Of a stretch of 64,000 nucleotides of DNA, positions 18,668-28,154 are shown one piece after another; within the stretch, counting starts at the first letter, position 1, and each line of letters begins with the position of its first letter. A program made the translations under genes and the position numbers. The notes beneath the pieces are model-generated. The model did no database searches. It was not told the origin of the DNA and worked only from the letters and a program-made list of their open reading frames with translations. This DNA comes from Candidatus Latescibacterota bacterium (GTDB lineage: Bacteria > Latescibacterota > UBA2968 > UBA8231). The stretch is from the NCBI GenBank assembly GCA_965243025.1, contig CBDETY010000003.1, positions 6,592,001 through 6,656,000 on the forward strand, written 5' to 3'.

Positions 18668-19591
18668 TCAGGGCTGGAGCGAAGCCTTGATGCGCCCCCA
18701 GGTGACGGACTCCACGGCGCTTCCTGCCCATCCACCAACGGGGACAAGAAGGCCGTCGGCGAACTCCACCGGCCCCGGTGTGGGGGAATCGGGGTCAATG
18801 GGCGGAATAGTGAAGGTTGCCTCCTTATTCCGAGCCGGAGGGTTATCGTCATCGCTGACCACTAACAACAACCCAATTATACCCCCAGGCCGAAGTTCCG
18901 AAACCACCGTTTCCTCAGCGCTGTCCGGAACCAACCGGTCGAAAGGGGTAGCGTACATCTCCGTCATCCAGACAGTCGGGTTTTCGCCATAAGTGGCCCC
19001 GCCCACGTCGGCGAAGGGGGGCACTTGAAACCAACAGGTGGTCTCAGGGCTTCCAATTTTACAGTACTCAGGGCCTGGGACATGTCGTTCCGCCCAATAG
19101 CCCATGGGTCCCCCGACAAAGCCCTGGACACTCTGCCACAGGCTCTCGTCTCCATCTTTGAAAGCGTAAACCCCCCCGGAATGATCGCCGTCGATTTCCA
19201 ATATGATCACCCCGTCCCAGTACAATTCATCATCATCATCCGGCTCGACCAGGACATCATCGACTCCTTCGGCCGCTGCATAGATCCGGTTGAGTCCTCG
19301 ATGCCAGGCCAGCCATATGCGGAAGTCGAGGTCGCTTGGATCATACTCTTCCCCAGGGGCATTGGTGATTCCCTTGTTGGGATCCGCGATTAGTGCGGTC
19401 AGATCGAGGCCTGTCAGGGAAGGTTCGCCAATCACGGTGAGCCAGTCCTCTATGTCTCCGTCATGGATGTCGATCTCGGAGAACGACTCCTCCGGGATCT
19501 CGAATATGGGCACCACGCGGTCCCCGACATGTGCTGAACACAGAAAGGCAGTAACTGCAATCAGAGTGATTGTGCGCCAGGTATTCCGCAT
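18668..19591 (-). CDS. Exported CBM9/DOMON-like protein with C-terminal AVE..TWGRIK motif (paralog 1)
   Basis: Signal peptide; DGDIEDW, DLDFRIWLAW, DGDHSGG, EMYATPFD and FADGLL; ends AVESVTWGRIKASLQP. Confidence 0.75.
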   Translation of the reverse strand: MRNTWRTITLIAVTAFLCSAHVGDRVVPIFEIPEESFSEIDIHDGDIEDWLTVIGEPSLTGLDLTALIADPNKGITNAPGEEYDPSDLDFRIWLAWHRGLNRIYAAAEGVDDVLVEPDDDDELYWDGVIILEIDGDHSGGVYAFKDGDESLWQSVQGFVGGPMGYWAERHVPGPEYCKIGSPETTCWFQVPPFADVGGATYGENPTVWMTEMYATPFDRLVPDSAEETVVSELRPGGIIGLLLVVSDDDNPPARNKEATFTIPPIDPDSPTPGPVEFADGLLVPVGGWAGSAVESVTWGRIKASLQP

Positions 19592-19748
19592 GGTGAACAC
19601 CTCCCAGGTTTCTTATGGCAATGCGATACGCTGAAGTAACTTACCCGTCATGGCTCAAATCGCCGCCTCCCCGCAGGGAATTTGAAACTGGCTTGTTGAG
19701 GGAGCCTGCTCAAACGGCCGAACATCCCGTCTTTTCCGGAGAATCCGC

Positions 19749-20606
19749 ATGAACATCGGCGTTGTCGGGGCGGAGACGCACACCGCCCAGCTCTGCGAGA
19801 TTATAAACCTGCAGCGGAGGATCCGCGGCGTCCGGGTAAGCCACGTATGCGGGAGGACGCCGTCGGCAGGGCGGGCGGCCGCGGCTGACGGCCGCATTCC
19901 CCATATCGCCAGAAAGCCCGAGGACTTGATCGGGGCCGTGGACGCAGTCGTGGTCGACCACATTCACGGCAGGCACCACCTGCCTGCGGCAAAACCTCTT
20001 CTCGAAGCCGGGTTGCCCATCTTCTTCGACAAGCCGTTCTGCTGCAGCAGATCCGAGGGCAGGCGCTTCCTGGTGCGGGCCGCCGAGCTGGGAGTTCCGG
20101 TCTGCTCCTTTTCGGTCATGCCAATGCAGTCCGCGTTCGTGTCCTTGAAGAAGCAGGTGCGCAGGCTGGGTGAGATCCACGCCGCGGTCTGCACCGGACC
20201 CTGCAACGTCGCCTCGAGGCACGGAGGGATGTTTTTCTACGGAATACACCAGGTGGAGATGATCCTGCGGCTGCTCGGTTACGAGGTCGGCCATGCCCAG
20301 GTCGTGAAGGGGTCCCGGAAAAACCACCTTGCCACGCTGACCTTCAAGGACGGCAGGATGGCTGCAATGCACCTGATGGGGGAGGGGGGAGGCACCTTTC
20401 ACCTGAGCGTCATCGGGGCCAGGGGCCGTATCGACCAGTCCATCGGCTACGACGAGGATTTCTTTTACCCCGGGGTTCGCTCCTTCGTGCGGATGTTCCG
20501 GACCGGCAGGACGGAGGAGACCATGGAAAGCATGCTGGTTCCGGTCGCGGTCCTGGAAGCGCTGGAGAAATCCCTGGCAACCGGGGGCAGGGTCAGGGTT
20601 TCGTGA
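19749..20606 (+). CDS. Gfo/Idh/MocA family oxidoreductase
   Basis: Rossmann N-terminus IGVVG; H...A...L.AG.PIFFDKP; YGIH.VE. Confidence 0.88.
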   Translation: MNIGVVGAETHTAQLCEIINLQRRIRGVRVSHVCGRTPSAGRAAAADGRIPHIARKPEDLIGAVDAVVVDHIHGRHHLPAAKPLLEAGLPIFFDKPFCCSRSEGRRFLVRAAELGVPVCSFSVMPMQSAFVSLKKQVRRLGEIHAAVCTGPCNVASRHGGMFFYGIHQVEMILRLLGYEVGHAQVVKGSRKNHLATLTFKDGRMAAMHLMGEGGGTFHLSVIGARGRIDQSIGYDEDFFYPGVRSFVRMFRTGRTEETMESMLVPVAVLEALEKSLATGGRVRVS

Positions 20607-20712
20607 TTGACAGCCTGGCGGATGCGCGCTTTGGGATAACTTGCTTGTTTTAGCATACCGCCGGGCAGCCTCTCTTCCGGCTTAAATTCCAGACGATCAG
20701 AGGAACACCTGC

Positions 20713-21591
20713 ATGGAGCTCATCGCGGTCGCGCTGGCGCTGGCGTCGGCGTTTCTCCACGCCCTGCGCAACCTCCTGGTGAAGCGGGCGATCGACAAGC
20801 AGGCCTTCGCCCTGCTGGGGCTGCTCGTCGGTCTGACGCTTTACCTTCCGGCCGCCGCGTACGTAACGATAAGCGCCGAGGTAGACGTCGCGGCGATCCT
20901 CCTGTACGGCTTTCTCTCCGGTTTCATCCACTTCTTCTACGTCATCTTCTACACCAAGTCGTACGAAGGGGGCGACTTCTCCCAGGTCTACCCGATCATG
21001 CGCTCGGCCCCGGCCCTCGTCCTGGTGGTCGCCATTCTCTTCCTCGGGGAGTACGTCTCTTTCCGGGGAGGTCTCGGCATCGCCCTGGTTGTTCTGGGGG
21101 CGTACTCCATCAACCTGAAGGGGATCGGTCCGTCCGCTTTCATCGAGCCCGTTGCCGCCCACTGGAAGGAGAGGCATCTGCAGCTGGCGGTTCTGACGAT
21201 GCTGACCGTCGCCGCCTATTCCATCGTCGACAAGCTCGCCGTGGCCTTGATCCACCCGGTGCTATTCCTCTGGAGCTACACCCTGGTCACAGTCCTGATG
21301 CTGGGCGGGTACCTCGCCCTCACCAGGGACCGCAGCGCCATCGAAAAAGAGTGGCGGGATAACCGGCGGGCGGTGCTTCTCAACGGCGTTTTCGGCCTGA
21401 CGAGCTACGTGCTCATCCTCTACGCCTTTCAGCTCGAGCGGGTCAGTTACATCGCGGGCCTGAGACAGATCAGCGTGGTGATGGCGGTTATCATGGGCGG
21501 GCAGCTGCTCGGCGAGGGTTTCCAGGGCATCCGCCTGGCGGCGTCGATCCTCATCTTCGCCGGCGCCATGCTGATCGCCACGGCGCAGTAG
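20713..21591 (+). CDS. EamA/DMT family transporter
   Basis: About 10 hydrophobic helices in two repeats; GDFSQVYPI.R motif. Confidence 0.9.
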   Translation: MELIAVALALASAFLHALRNLLVKRAIDKQAFALLGLLVGLTLYLPAAAYVTISAEVDVAAILLYGFLSGFIHFFYVIFYTKSYEGGDFSQVYPIMRSAPALVLVVAILFLGEYVSFRGGLGIALVVLGAYSINLKGIGPSAFIEPVAAHWKERHLQLAVLTMLTVAAYSIVDKLAVALIHPVLFLWSYTLVTVLMLGGYLALTRDRSAIEKEWRDNRRAVLLNGVFGLTSYVLILYAFQLERVSYIAGLRQISVVMAVIMGGQLLGEGFQGIRLAASILIFAGAMLIATAQ

Positions 21592-21657
21592 CGCTCGCCG
21601 GCTTGATGCCCCGGTAACCGGGCCCGTTTATCTGCAGCCGTACCGGATCCGATCGAT

Positions 21658-23055
21658 ATGCCGTCAGACAAACCATCCGCGACGCTCGTTCTCGACGTGG
21701 GCAAGACCAACGTCAAGCTCCTGGCGATGGCGGGGAACGGAGAGATCCTCGCGGTGGAGCGGCTCGACAACCGCAGTCTCGGAGGCCCGCCCTATCTCCA
21801 TCTCGACACCGAGAGGGTCTGGAACTGGCTGTTGCAGGCCGCGGGGGAGTTATCGGCGAGCTGGGCGGTCGAGGCCGTCGTGCCGACGACCCACGGCTGC
21901 ACCGCCGCCCTGATGAGCGGCGACCGGCTCGCCCTGCCCGTCCTCGACTACGAGGCCGAGCCGCCGCCGGAGACCGCCGAGGCCTTCGCCGAGGCCGCTC
22001 CCGCCTTCGCCGAGACCTGCTGCCCCACCCTGCCGGCGGGGATGAACCTCGGCCGCCAGCTGTTCTGGCTGCAGCGCGACTTCCCGGATGATTTCGCCCG
22101 CGCCGACCGCGTCCTCACCTACCCGCAGTACTGGTCCTGGCGGCTGTCCGGGGTTTCGGCGGGGGAGCTGACCTCGATCGGCTGCCACGGCCACCTGTGG
22201 AATCCCCGGGAGCGGCGCTTTTCATCCCTGGTGCGGCGGCAGGGATGGGAGCGGCTGTTCCCGCCCGTCTTGCCCGCGCACGCCGCCCTGGGGCCGATTC
22301 GCCCTGAGGTCGCGCGGCGCACCGGGTTGCCCGCGCACTGCCGGGTACACTGCGGCATCCACGACAGCAACGCCGCGTACAGCCTGTACCTGCGCGGCCA
22401 TCCCCGGCCGTTCAGCCTGGTCTCGACCGGAACCTGGGTGGTGGTGTTCAGCCCGCGCCTGCCCCTCGACAGGCTGGACGAAAGGCGCGACACCCTCGCC
22501 TTCGTCGACCTGACGGGGCGCCCGGTGCCGGCTGCCCGCTACATGGGGGGGCGCGAGTTCGAGATCCTTACCGCGGAAGCCGGGAGCAGGGCCTGCACCG
22601 AGTCCGACCTGCGCAGGGTGCTCGCCGGGGAAAGTTTCCTGCTGCCCTCGTTCGCGCCGGGAGGCCCATTCATGGGGCGCGCCGGTTCGGCCTCGGGTCC
22701 GGAGCCGCAGACGGACGGCGAGACCGTCGCCCGGGCGACCCTGTACGCGGCGCTGATGACGGTGACCAGCCTGCGCCTGCTCGAGGCGGACGGAGACCTC
22801 GTGATCGACGGGGGCTTCGTCAACAACGAGCTCTACTGCCGGCTGCTGGCCGCCATGGCCGGCTGCGATCGCTGCTTCGCCAACCACCAGACCGAGGGGA
22901 CCGCGGTCGGCGCCGGAATGCTGGCTGTCCGGGAGGGGGAATCCGCGGAGTGGCCGCTGAGCCTGGTCGGCGTCGAACCCTTCGACGATCCTGCCCTGAA
23001 GCAGTACGCCGAGCGCTGGAACGCCCTTGTCGGGGAGTCGGCAGCGGGCGGATAA
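21658..23055 (+). CDS. FGGY-family carbohydrate kinase (fuculose/rhamnulose kinase-like)
   Basis: LDVGKTNVK, TTHG, GIHDSNA, STGTW and IDGGF motifs. Confidence 0.88.
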   Translation: MPSDKPSATLVLDVGKTNVKLLAMAGNGEILAVERLDNRSLGGPPYLHLDTERVWNWLLQAAGELSASWAVEAVVPTTHGCTAALMSGDRLALPVLDYEAEPPPETAEAFAEAAPAFAETCCPTLPAGMNLGRQLFWLQRDFPDDFARADRVLTYPQYWSWRLSGVSAGELTSIGCHGHLWNPRERRFSSLVRRQGWERLFPPVLPAHAALGPIRPEVARRTGLPAHCRVHCGIHDSNAAYSLYLRGHPRPFSLVSTGTWVVVFSPRLPLDRLDERRDTLAFVDLTGRPVPAARYMGGREFEILTAEAGSRACTESDLRRVLAGESFLLPSFAPGGPFMGRAGSASGPEPQTDGETVARATLYAALMTVTSLRLLEADGDLVIDGGFVNNELYCRLLAAMAGCDRCFANHQTEGTAVGAGMLAVREGESAEWPLSLVGVEPFDDPALKQYAERWNALVGESAAGG

Positions 23056-23309
23056 CAGGCCGCCTGGCGCGGAGCCTTCGCCGGAATTCACCGGCTTGGA
23101 TCTGTACCCTGCAGTTTGTCGGCAAGTACCCCTGCGGAGAAGGCCGCGGGGGTTCGGTGTCAACGAATGCTGCGGACGCTAAAGGACGGTAAAGCGAAAA
23201 GACGTCGCCCGACGTGGGAGGTGCCGCTGCTGTTGGTTGGCCGCCCTGCGCCGGTCTGCAGAACGTCGACTCGAAGGAGGCCCGGTCCGGGGGAAGGTTG
23301 CGGCGGCAG

Positions 23310-23573
23310 CTATCTGCGCCGGCCCCGGCGGCGGAAACCCTTCTTGCCCCCCGGTTTATGCGCCTCAGCCACCTCGATGTCGAAGCCGAGCAGGGTTTGA
23401 CCGTTGAGACCGGAGATCGCTTCCCTGCCGGCGGATTTGCTCGGCATCTCGACAAAGGCCCGTCCCTGGGTCTGGCGGATCTCCACCGAGGATACGCGGC
23501 CGAAAATCTCGAAGAGGGTGCGCAGGTCCTCTTCGTTCGCCTCGGAAGCGAGATTGTTGACGGTTATCCGCAT
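23310..23573 (-). CDS. RRM-domain RNA-binding protein
   Basis: RNP2-like ITVNNL, RNP1-like GRAFVEM, AI..LNG and a basic tail. Confidence 0.9.
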   Translation of the reverse strand: MRITVNNLASEANEEDLRTLFEIFGRVSSVEIRQTQGRAFVEMPSKSAGREAISGLNGQTLLGFDIEVAEAHKPGGKKGFRRRGRRR

Positions 23574-23686
23574 TCAGGTTTCCTGCATTGGCAGAGGGTT
23601 GGGGGTGCGTGAAGCCGCCAATATAGACAGGGCTCGGGTACCGGCCAAACGGCGAGCCCCGGATCGGCCAGGCGGCGGCTGTACAC

Positions 23687-23719
23687 AAAAAAAGGCCCCG
23701 AAGGATATCGGAGCCTTCC
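23687..23719 (-). terminator. Terminator-like hairpin in the leader of the RRM gene
   Basis: Minus strand reads GGAAGGCTCCG-ATATCCTT-CGGGGCC followed by T7. Confidence 0.6.
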
Positions 23720-23733
23720 AAATCGTGCTTTTC

Positions 23734-23763
23734 AATATACTGTCAAAGCGGGAACATTGTCAA
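23734..23763 (-). promoter_or_regulatory. Putative sigma70 promoter facing the RRM gene
   Basis: Minus strand reads TTGACA-18 nt-TATATT, with an A/T tract upstream. Confidence 0.55.
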
Positions 23764-23813
23764 GAAAAAAGTTCGTAACTTGTTGTCATTTAACACGTTA
23801 TGGAATTTTTTCG

Positions 23814-23843
23814 TTGACAGTGTTACACCTTGCCCGGTAGAGT
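23814..23843 (+). promoter_or_regulatory. Putative sigma70 promoter for the 23896 operon
   Basis: TTGACA-18 nt-TAGAGT preceded by an AT-rich tract; GGAGG RBS before the ATG at 23896. Confidence 0.45.
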
Positions 23844-23895
23844 AGCCGCAGCCTCGGAAAAACGTTTGTCCCAAGAGCCAGGGAGGTAACGCGGC

Positions 23896-24642
23896 ATGCA
23901 GAGTCCGGATACCCTTGCAGTCAGCGAAGGCCGGGTCGTGGTCGGCGATTGGTCCGCCGACGTCGGGGAGGTTGTCGCCGTGTCGGCGCGCCTGCGAGGC
24001 CTGCTCCGGGAGGGCCGCGTCCCGGAAGCCCGGGAGATGCTGAGCTCCCTGTGCCGGGAGGAACAGGCGGCCGTGGTGGCGGTCGACGCGGACCCTGAGG
24101 AGATCCTGTCGCTGACCGGGATGGATGAAGCCGGGCGCCCCGGGTACCTCGCGGAGGTGGTGGAAAGACTTCCCTCATCCCTGCTGACCGAGCTGCTCGT
24201 TCCCCGGGGCGCCAGATGGGACCGGTTCAATACAGGGCTGCTGGCGTCGATGTCGGAGCGGACCTTCCGGCGAACGGTGGCCGACACCCTGGATCCCGTC
24301 TACTTCCACGGCCGCCGCGGCGCCGTTTCCTGGGAATGGCTCGAGATCGTCGCCGCCCTGCAGGACGTCGACCGGATCGCCTCCCTGCTTCAGGCCGTTG
24401 ACGAGGAGGTCCTCGAGGACGCGCTGATTCCCCACATCGACCGCTTTGCCATGAACGAGACGGTTTTTCCCGGGGTCTCCGCTTTCAGGACCGTCTCCGA
24501 ATCGGGCGGTGGTCTGATGCTGCCGCCGCTGGACGACCCGGAAAGGGAGGAGGTGATTCACGCTCTCCACGCCGCCGCGCCGGAGCTGCTGGCCCGCGTC
24601 ATCCGCAACGCCTGGGAGCGGGCCGGGGGGATGCAGCCATGA
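23896..24642 (+). CDS. Hypothetical alpha-helical protein
   Basis: Strong RBS (GGGAGGT), high-GC3 codon usage, ATGA overlap with the next gene. Confidence 0.75.
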   Translation: MQSPDTLAVSEGRVVVGDWSADVGEVVAVSARLRGLLREGRVPEAREMLSSLCREEQAAVVAVDADPEEILSLTGMDEAGRPGYLAEVVERLPSSLLTELLVPRGARWDRFNTGLLASMSERTFRRTVADTLDPVYFHGRRGAVSWEWLEIVAALQDVDRIASLLQAVDEEVLEDALIPHIDRFAMNETVFPGVSAFRTVSESGGGLMLPPLDDPEREEVIHALHAAAPELLARVIRNAWERAGGMQP

Positions 24643-25601
24643 CCGGGCTCGCCCACCCCGACCTCGACGCCCTGCTCAGGGACCGCAGCTGTTTCGCCGC
24701 CCGCGCCATCGAGCTCGGGTTGCGGTTCGGCCGGCTTCCGGAGGGATTCGCCGATACCCTCGCCGCCTTCCTGCGCCTGCGCAGCCTGGAGTTCGCGGCG
24801 CGCCACCGCACCGGCATATCCATCGGCCGGGAGGGGATCCGCGGCGGAATCGAGCACGCCTTCACCTGCTTCGACCTCGGGCTGGAGCAGGAGTCCGGCG
24901 GCGGCGTCGAGCGGGCCGTCGAGCTGCTCGCAAACCCCGACCTGCCGGCGCTCTGCCGCAAGGGGTACGAGACCGCCTTCCAGCGGTTGGGGGAGATGCG
25001 GCGGGAGTCCAAGAGCCTGCACCGCCATCCCCTTGCGGCCCTGCTTCCCGAGTTGGCGGCCCGGCTCGAGACCTGGAAACGGATCACCCCGGAAACCTTT
25101 GACGCCGCAGGGACGGACGGGCGTTCCGCAGCGGTCGACCCGCGCGGCGACTACGCCCTCTTCGAGGAAACCGCGGCCCGCCTGCGGTTCGTCTGCTCGC
25201 TGCCGAAAACCGCCCTGCAGTCGGCGGAGTCGCAAGGACTCGCCGGGTTCGAACCGATCCTCAGGCGGCTGGTGGCGGCTGTCGCCATGTCCGCGGAAAC
25301 GCTGGATATGGACAGGACGGCGCTGCGGCGTTTCCGCATGCTCCACTTCTCCGGGGGGGAAATGCTGGCCGGGTCCCGGCTCCGGGTGGAGCGGGAAATC
25401 GGGGCCCACCTCGAGCGCCACGTCCCCGGCGGGCGCGGATTCCTGCAGCGCGAGGTGGATGCAGTCGTCGCCGAGCTCGGGGCCGCGTCCGGAGACGAGG
25501 AACGGTTCGCAGCCGCGGTCAGCGGCGACCTGACGCCGGAGTCGAAACTGGCAGCGCAATCGGCGCTCGCGGACATCGCGGCCGCCGACGATGCTGCTTA
25601 A
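24639..25601 (+). CDS. Hypothetical alpha-helical protein
   Basis: Translationally coupled to the 23896 gene; plausible amino acid composition. Confidence 0.75.
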   Translation: MTGLAHPDLDALLRDRSCFAARAIELGLRFGRLPEGFADTLAAFLRLRSLEFAARHRTGISIGREGIRGGIEHAFTCFDLGLEQESGGGVERAVELLANPDLPALCRKGYETAFQRLGEMRRESKSLHRHPLAALLPELAARLETWKRITPETFDAAGTDGRSAAVDPRGDYALFEETAARLRFVCSLPKTALQSAESQGLAGFEPILRRLVAAVAMSAETLDMDRTALRRFRMLHFSGGEMLAGSRLRVEREIGAHLERHVPGGRGFLQREVDAVVAELGAASGDEERFAAAVSGDLTPESKLAAQSALADIAAADDAA

Positions 25602-25622
25602 CCGCATTGGATGGAACGGAGC

Positions 25623-25802
25623 ATGAAGCCAGTAAGTGTCGAGGACCTCGAGCGGGTGGCGCGTCTGTACAAGTCCAACAAGGAGGCGAGCGCCGCGCTG
25701 GGAATCCATCCGCGCTCCTTCGCCCGTCTGTGCCGCCAGCACGGCATCTCGACCCCCTACGTCCGCAGGAGAAGGGCCCGGGCCGACTGCCGCGGCGGCT
25801 GA
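25623..25802 (+). CDS. Small HTH-like (Fis-type) protein
   Basis: SNKEASAALGIHPRSFARLCRQHGI resembles a Fis-type HTH; GGAG lies just upstream. Confidence 0.6.
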   Translation: MKPVSVEDLERVARLYKSNKEASAALGIHPRSFARLCRQHGISTPYVRRRRARADCRGG

Positions 25803-25850
25803 TGGGCAACCACTCCGGCGGAACCGCAAGGGATTTCCCGGGACGCGACA

Positions 25851-26330
25851 CTACACCCGCCGGGCGGCGTACTCCCCGGCGAAGCGGCCGGCCGGCTCCC
25901 CCCGGCAGCGGATGTCGGCGGTCAGGTCGATGCGCCCCTTGCCCTCTTCGGCCAGCACCGCGAGGAAGCGGTCCCAGCTCTCCTTTTCGGGGGCATGGGC
26001 GAAGGCTTCGAAATCGGCGGGCAGGGGGGCGAAGTACTCCACCGAGTTGCGCCTGATCACCAGCGCCGTCTCGAAGGGGAGTCTGCGCAGCCGCAGGTGG
26101 ATGAGCGTCCAGCAGGCGATCATCGCCAGGCCGGAGGCGCTGCCGCCGAACACGGTGCCGCGGTGATTGACGTTGGGGGCCAGCGGCGCCGCCAGGAGCA
26201 CACCGGTCCCGTCGACCGAAACGACCGAGACCTGCATGCTCTTCGACAGTGGAATCCTGTCGTGCAGGTAGCGCTCGGTCTCCCGCGGAGGGGAATCCCC
26301 GCCAGTCTGGCGCTCAACTTCCATTTCCAC
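25851..26330 (-). CDS. YiiD C-terminal / hotdog-fold thioesterase-domain protein
   Basis: YLH..IPLS..M and APLAPN.NH.GT.FGGS motifs. Confidence 0.88.
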   Translation of the reverse strand: MEMEVERQTGGDSPPRETERYLHDRIPLSKSMQVSVVSVDGTGVLLAAPLAPNVNHRGTVFGGSASGLAMIACWTLIHLRLRRLPFETALVIRRNSVEYFAPLPADFEAFAHAPEKESWDRFLAVLAEEGKGRIDLTADIRCRGEPAGRFAGEYAARRV

Positions 26331-26394
26331 TCATAAGGAACCCCTGGTCTGTCCCTTGCTGGATCCGGCCCCGGGCGCCCCGGGGCCGGCGGCC

Positions 26395-26793
26395 CTAATC
26401 CTCCTTGACGATCAGTCCTACCAGGAGGCCGGCGGCGATGAATTCGACCAGGGTTCCGAGGAACCAGCCCAGGGCCAGGGCGTAGGGCAGGGGCATGACG
26501 GCGTAGGTGCCGTACCCCATGCCGACGCCCCACGCCAGGCCGAAGAAGAAGCCGTACCTGAGCCCGGTTCCCAGGTTCTTCTCAGCGAAAAAGCGGGCGT
26601 ACACGTAGACGAAGACGACCGCGGAAATCGCCGTCGCCAGGTGTATGAGGGAGAACTTCATCTCTTCCCGGGGACGCCAGAGGTTCGCCGTCGAGGCGTA
26701 GGCATCCATGAGGATGAGATTGTGGATGATGAAGTCGAGCACGGTCCAGGCCGCGAACACGGAGACCATGGCGATCAGGGCGCGTTTGTCCAT
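26395..26793 (-). CDS. Four-TM membrane protein of unknown function
   Basis: Four hydrophobic segments; GLRYG..FG motif. Confidence 0.8.
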   Translation of the reverse strand: MDKRALIAMVSVFAAWTVLDFIIHNLILMDAYASTANLWRPREEMKFSLIHLATAISAVVFVYVYARFFAEKNLGTGLRYGFFFGLAWGVGMGYGTYAVMPLPYALALGWFLGTLVEFIAAGLLVGLIVKED

Positions 26794-26952
26794 CCTGCTT
26801 TCTTCCTCCTGGTGAGAGTGCCGTCCAGTTCCCGGTCAGCCTGCCGGCCCCCCCGAGCCGATCGGTCGGACCGAAGGTAGGGGATCGGAAAAGCAGCGGA
26901 CAGCGGGAGCGCGTTGAGATCGCCAACTGCCTGGGATATATTCGGCGCCCTC

Positions 26953-28137
26953 GTGAAACAGCCCGCCTTGCACATCCCGCAATCGAAAATGCTGCTGTTC
27001 CTGCTCGTCTGGGCCGCTGCTTCCGCCTGGGGCCAGGAGCCGGAGCCGATCCGGATCGGGGCGCTCTACCCGACCTCGGGCAGCGCCGCGGTGTTCGGCT
27101 CGCCGGCCCTGGCAGGCCACGAGATGGCCGTGGAGGAGATCAACGCGGCCGGGGGAGTGCTCGGCCGCCGGCTCGAAACCGAGGCTCGCGACACCAAGCT
27201 GAAGCCGGCGTCGGCGGTGGCCGCGGCCAAGGAGCTCATCACCAAGGAAGGGGTCGTCATTCTCCTCGGTTCCCTGAGCTCGGCCGTCGGGCTGGCCCTG
27301 GCCGAGGTCGCCCGCCGGGAGAAGGTGATCTTCGTCGCCACCATCGCCAAGACCATCCAGCTGTCGACCACGAGGAAGCACGACTACGTCTTCCGCACCG
27401 CGGCCAACACCGACAGCGAGGGGCGCGGCATCGCCCGCGTGCTAGGCATGGTGGGAGCCCGGCGTGTCTGTCACCTGCAGTTCGACTACGCCTACGGCCA
27501 CGACCTCGGGGACGGGGTCAAAAAGGCGCTTCCGACGGAAGCTCCCGGCGCCGACATCGTCCTCGATCTCAAGATCAAGCTGGGGACCACCGACTTCAAT
27601 TCCTACATCGCCCAGGTGATCGGTTCCGGGTGCGACTGCGTCGCCAGCGGGCTGTGGGGGTCGGCATTCATCAACATCGCGCAGCAGGGCAGGCCGTTCG
27701 GACTGTTCGAGCAGGTGAAGTACGTGTCGGGCGGCGAGATCGCCTCCCCGGAGATCGCCGCCGAGCTGAAAGGAGGCTATCCCGACAACGTCTGGAGCAA
27801 CGCCTACGAGCTGTGGTACCACCACAACTCGCCCCTGCACGAGCCCTACCAGCGCAAGCTCGCCGAGCGCTTCGGCACCCCGCACACACCGAGCTGGCCC
27901 GCTCTCGGGTACGTCGGCGTCCAGTTCGCCGCCGCGGCCATCGAAAAGGCGGGCTCGACCGATGCCGACGCTCTGTCGGCGGCGTTCAAGGGGCTCGCCA
28001 TCGATACGCCGGTGGGACCCCGCCGCATCGATCCGGAGACCCACCAGGCCGACACCGGGCAGTTCTGGGGCCCGATGAAGAAATCGGAGCACGGTTTCCG
28101 GATGATGGACCCGGTCACCTACATCCCGGGCGACTGA
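26953..28137 (+). CDS. Branched-chain amino acid-type ABC transporter substrate-binding protein (LivJ/K family)
   Basis: Signal peptide; IRIG...P.SG, A.EEINAAGG.LGR and DYAYG motifs. Alternative ATG start at 26989. Confidence 0.92.
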   Translation: MKQPALHIPQSKMLLFLLVWAAASAWGQEPEPIRIGALYPTSGSAAVFGSPALAGHEMAVEEINAAGGVLGRRLETEARDTKLKPASAVAAAKELITKEGVVILLGSLSSAVGLALAEVARREKVIFVATIAKTIQLSTTRKHDYVFRTAANTDSEGRGIARVLGMVGARRVCHLQFDYAYGHDLGDGVKKALPTEAPGADIVLDLKIKLGTTDFNSYIAQVIGSGCDCVASGLWGSAFINIAQQGRPFGLFEQVKYVSGGEIASPEIAAELKGGYPDNVWSNAYELWYHHNSPLHEPYQRKLAERFGTPHTPSWPALGYVGVQFAAAAIEKAGSTDADALSAAFKGLAIDTPVGPRRIDPETHQADTGQFWGPMKKSEHGFRMMDPVTYIPGD

Positions 28138-28154
28138 CCGCGATAGCTGCCGGG

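Noticed and set aside
18515-19700. Integrative element at tRNA-Asp
   Set aside because: No integrase was found and I saw no duplicated tRNA 3' end. Only a single lower-GC gene follows the tRNA.
26365-26389. Perfect 11-bp GC hairpin between two minus-strand genes
   Set aside because: It is single-copy and lacks a U-tract, so it is not supportable as a REP element or terminator.
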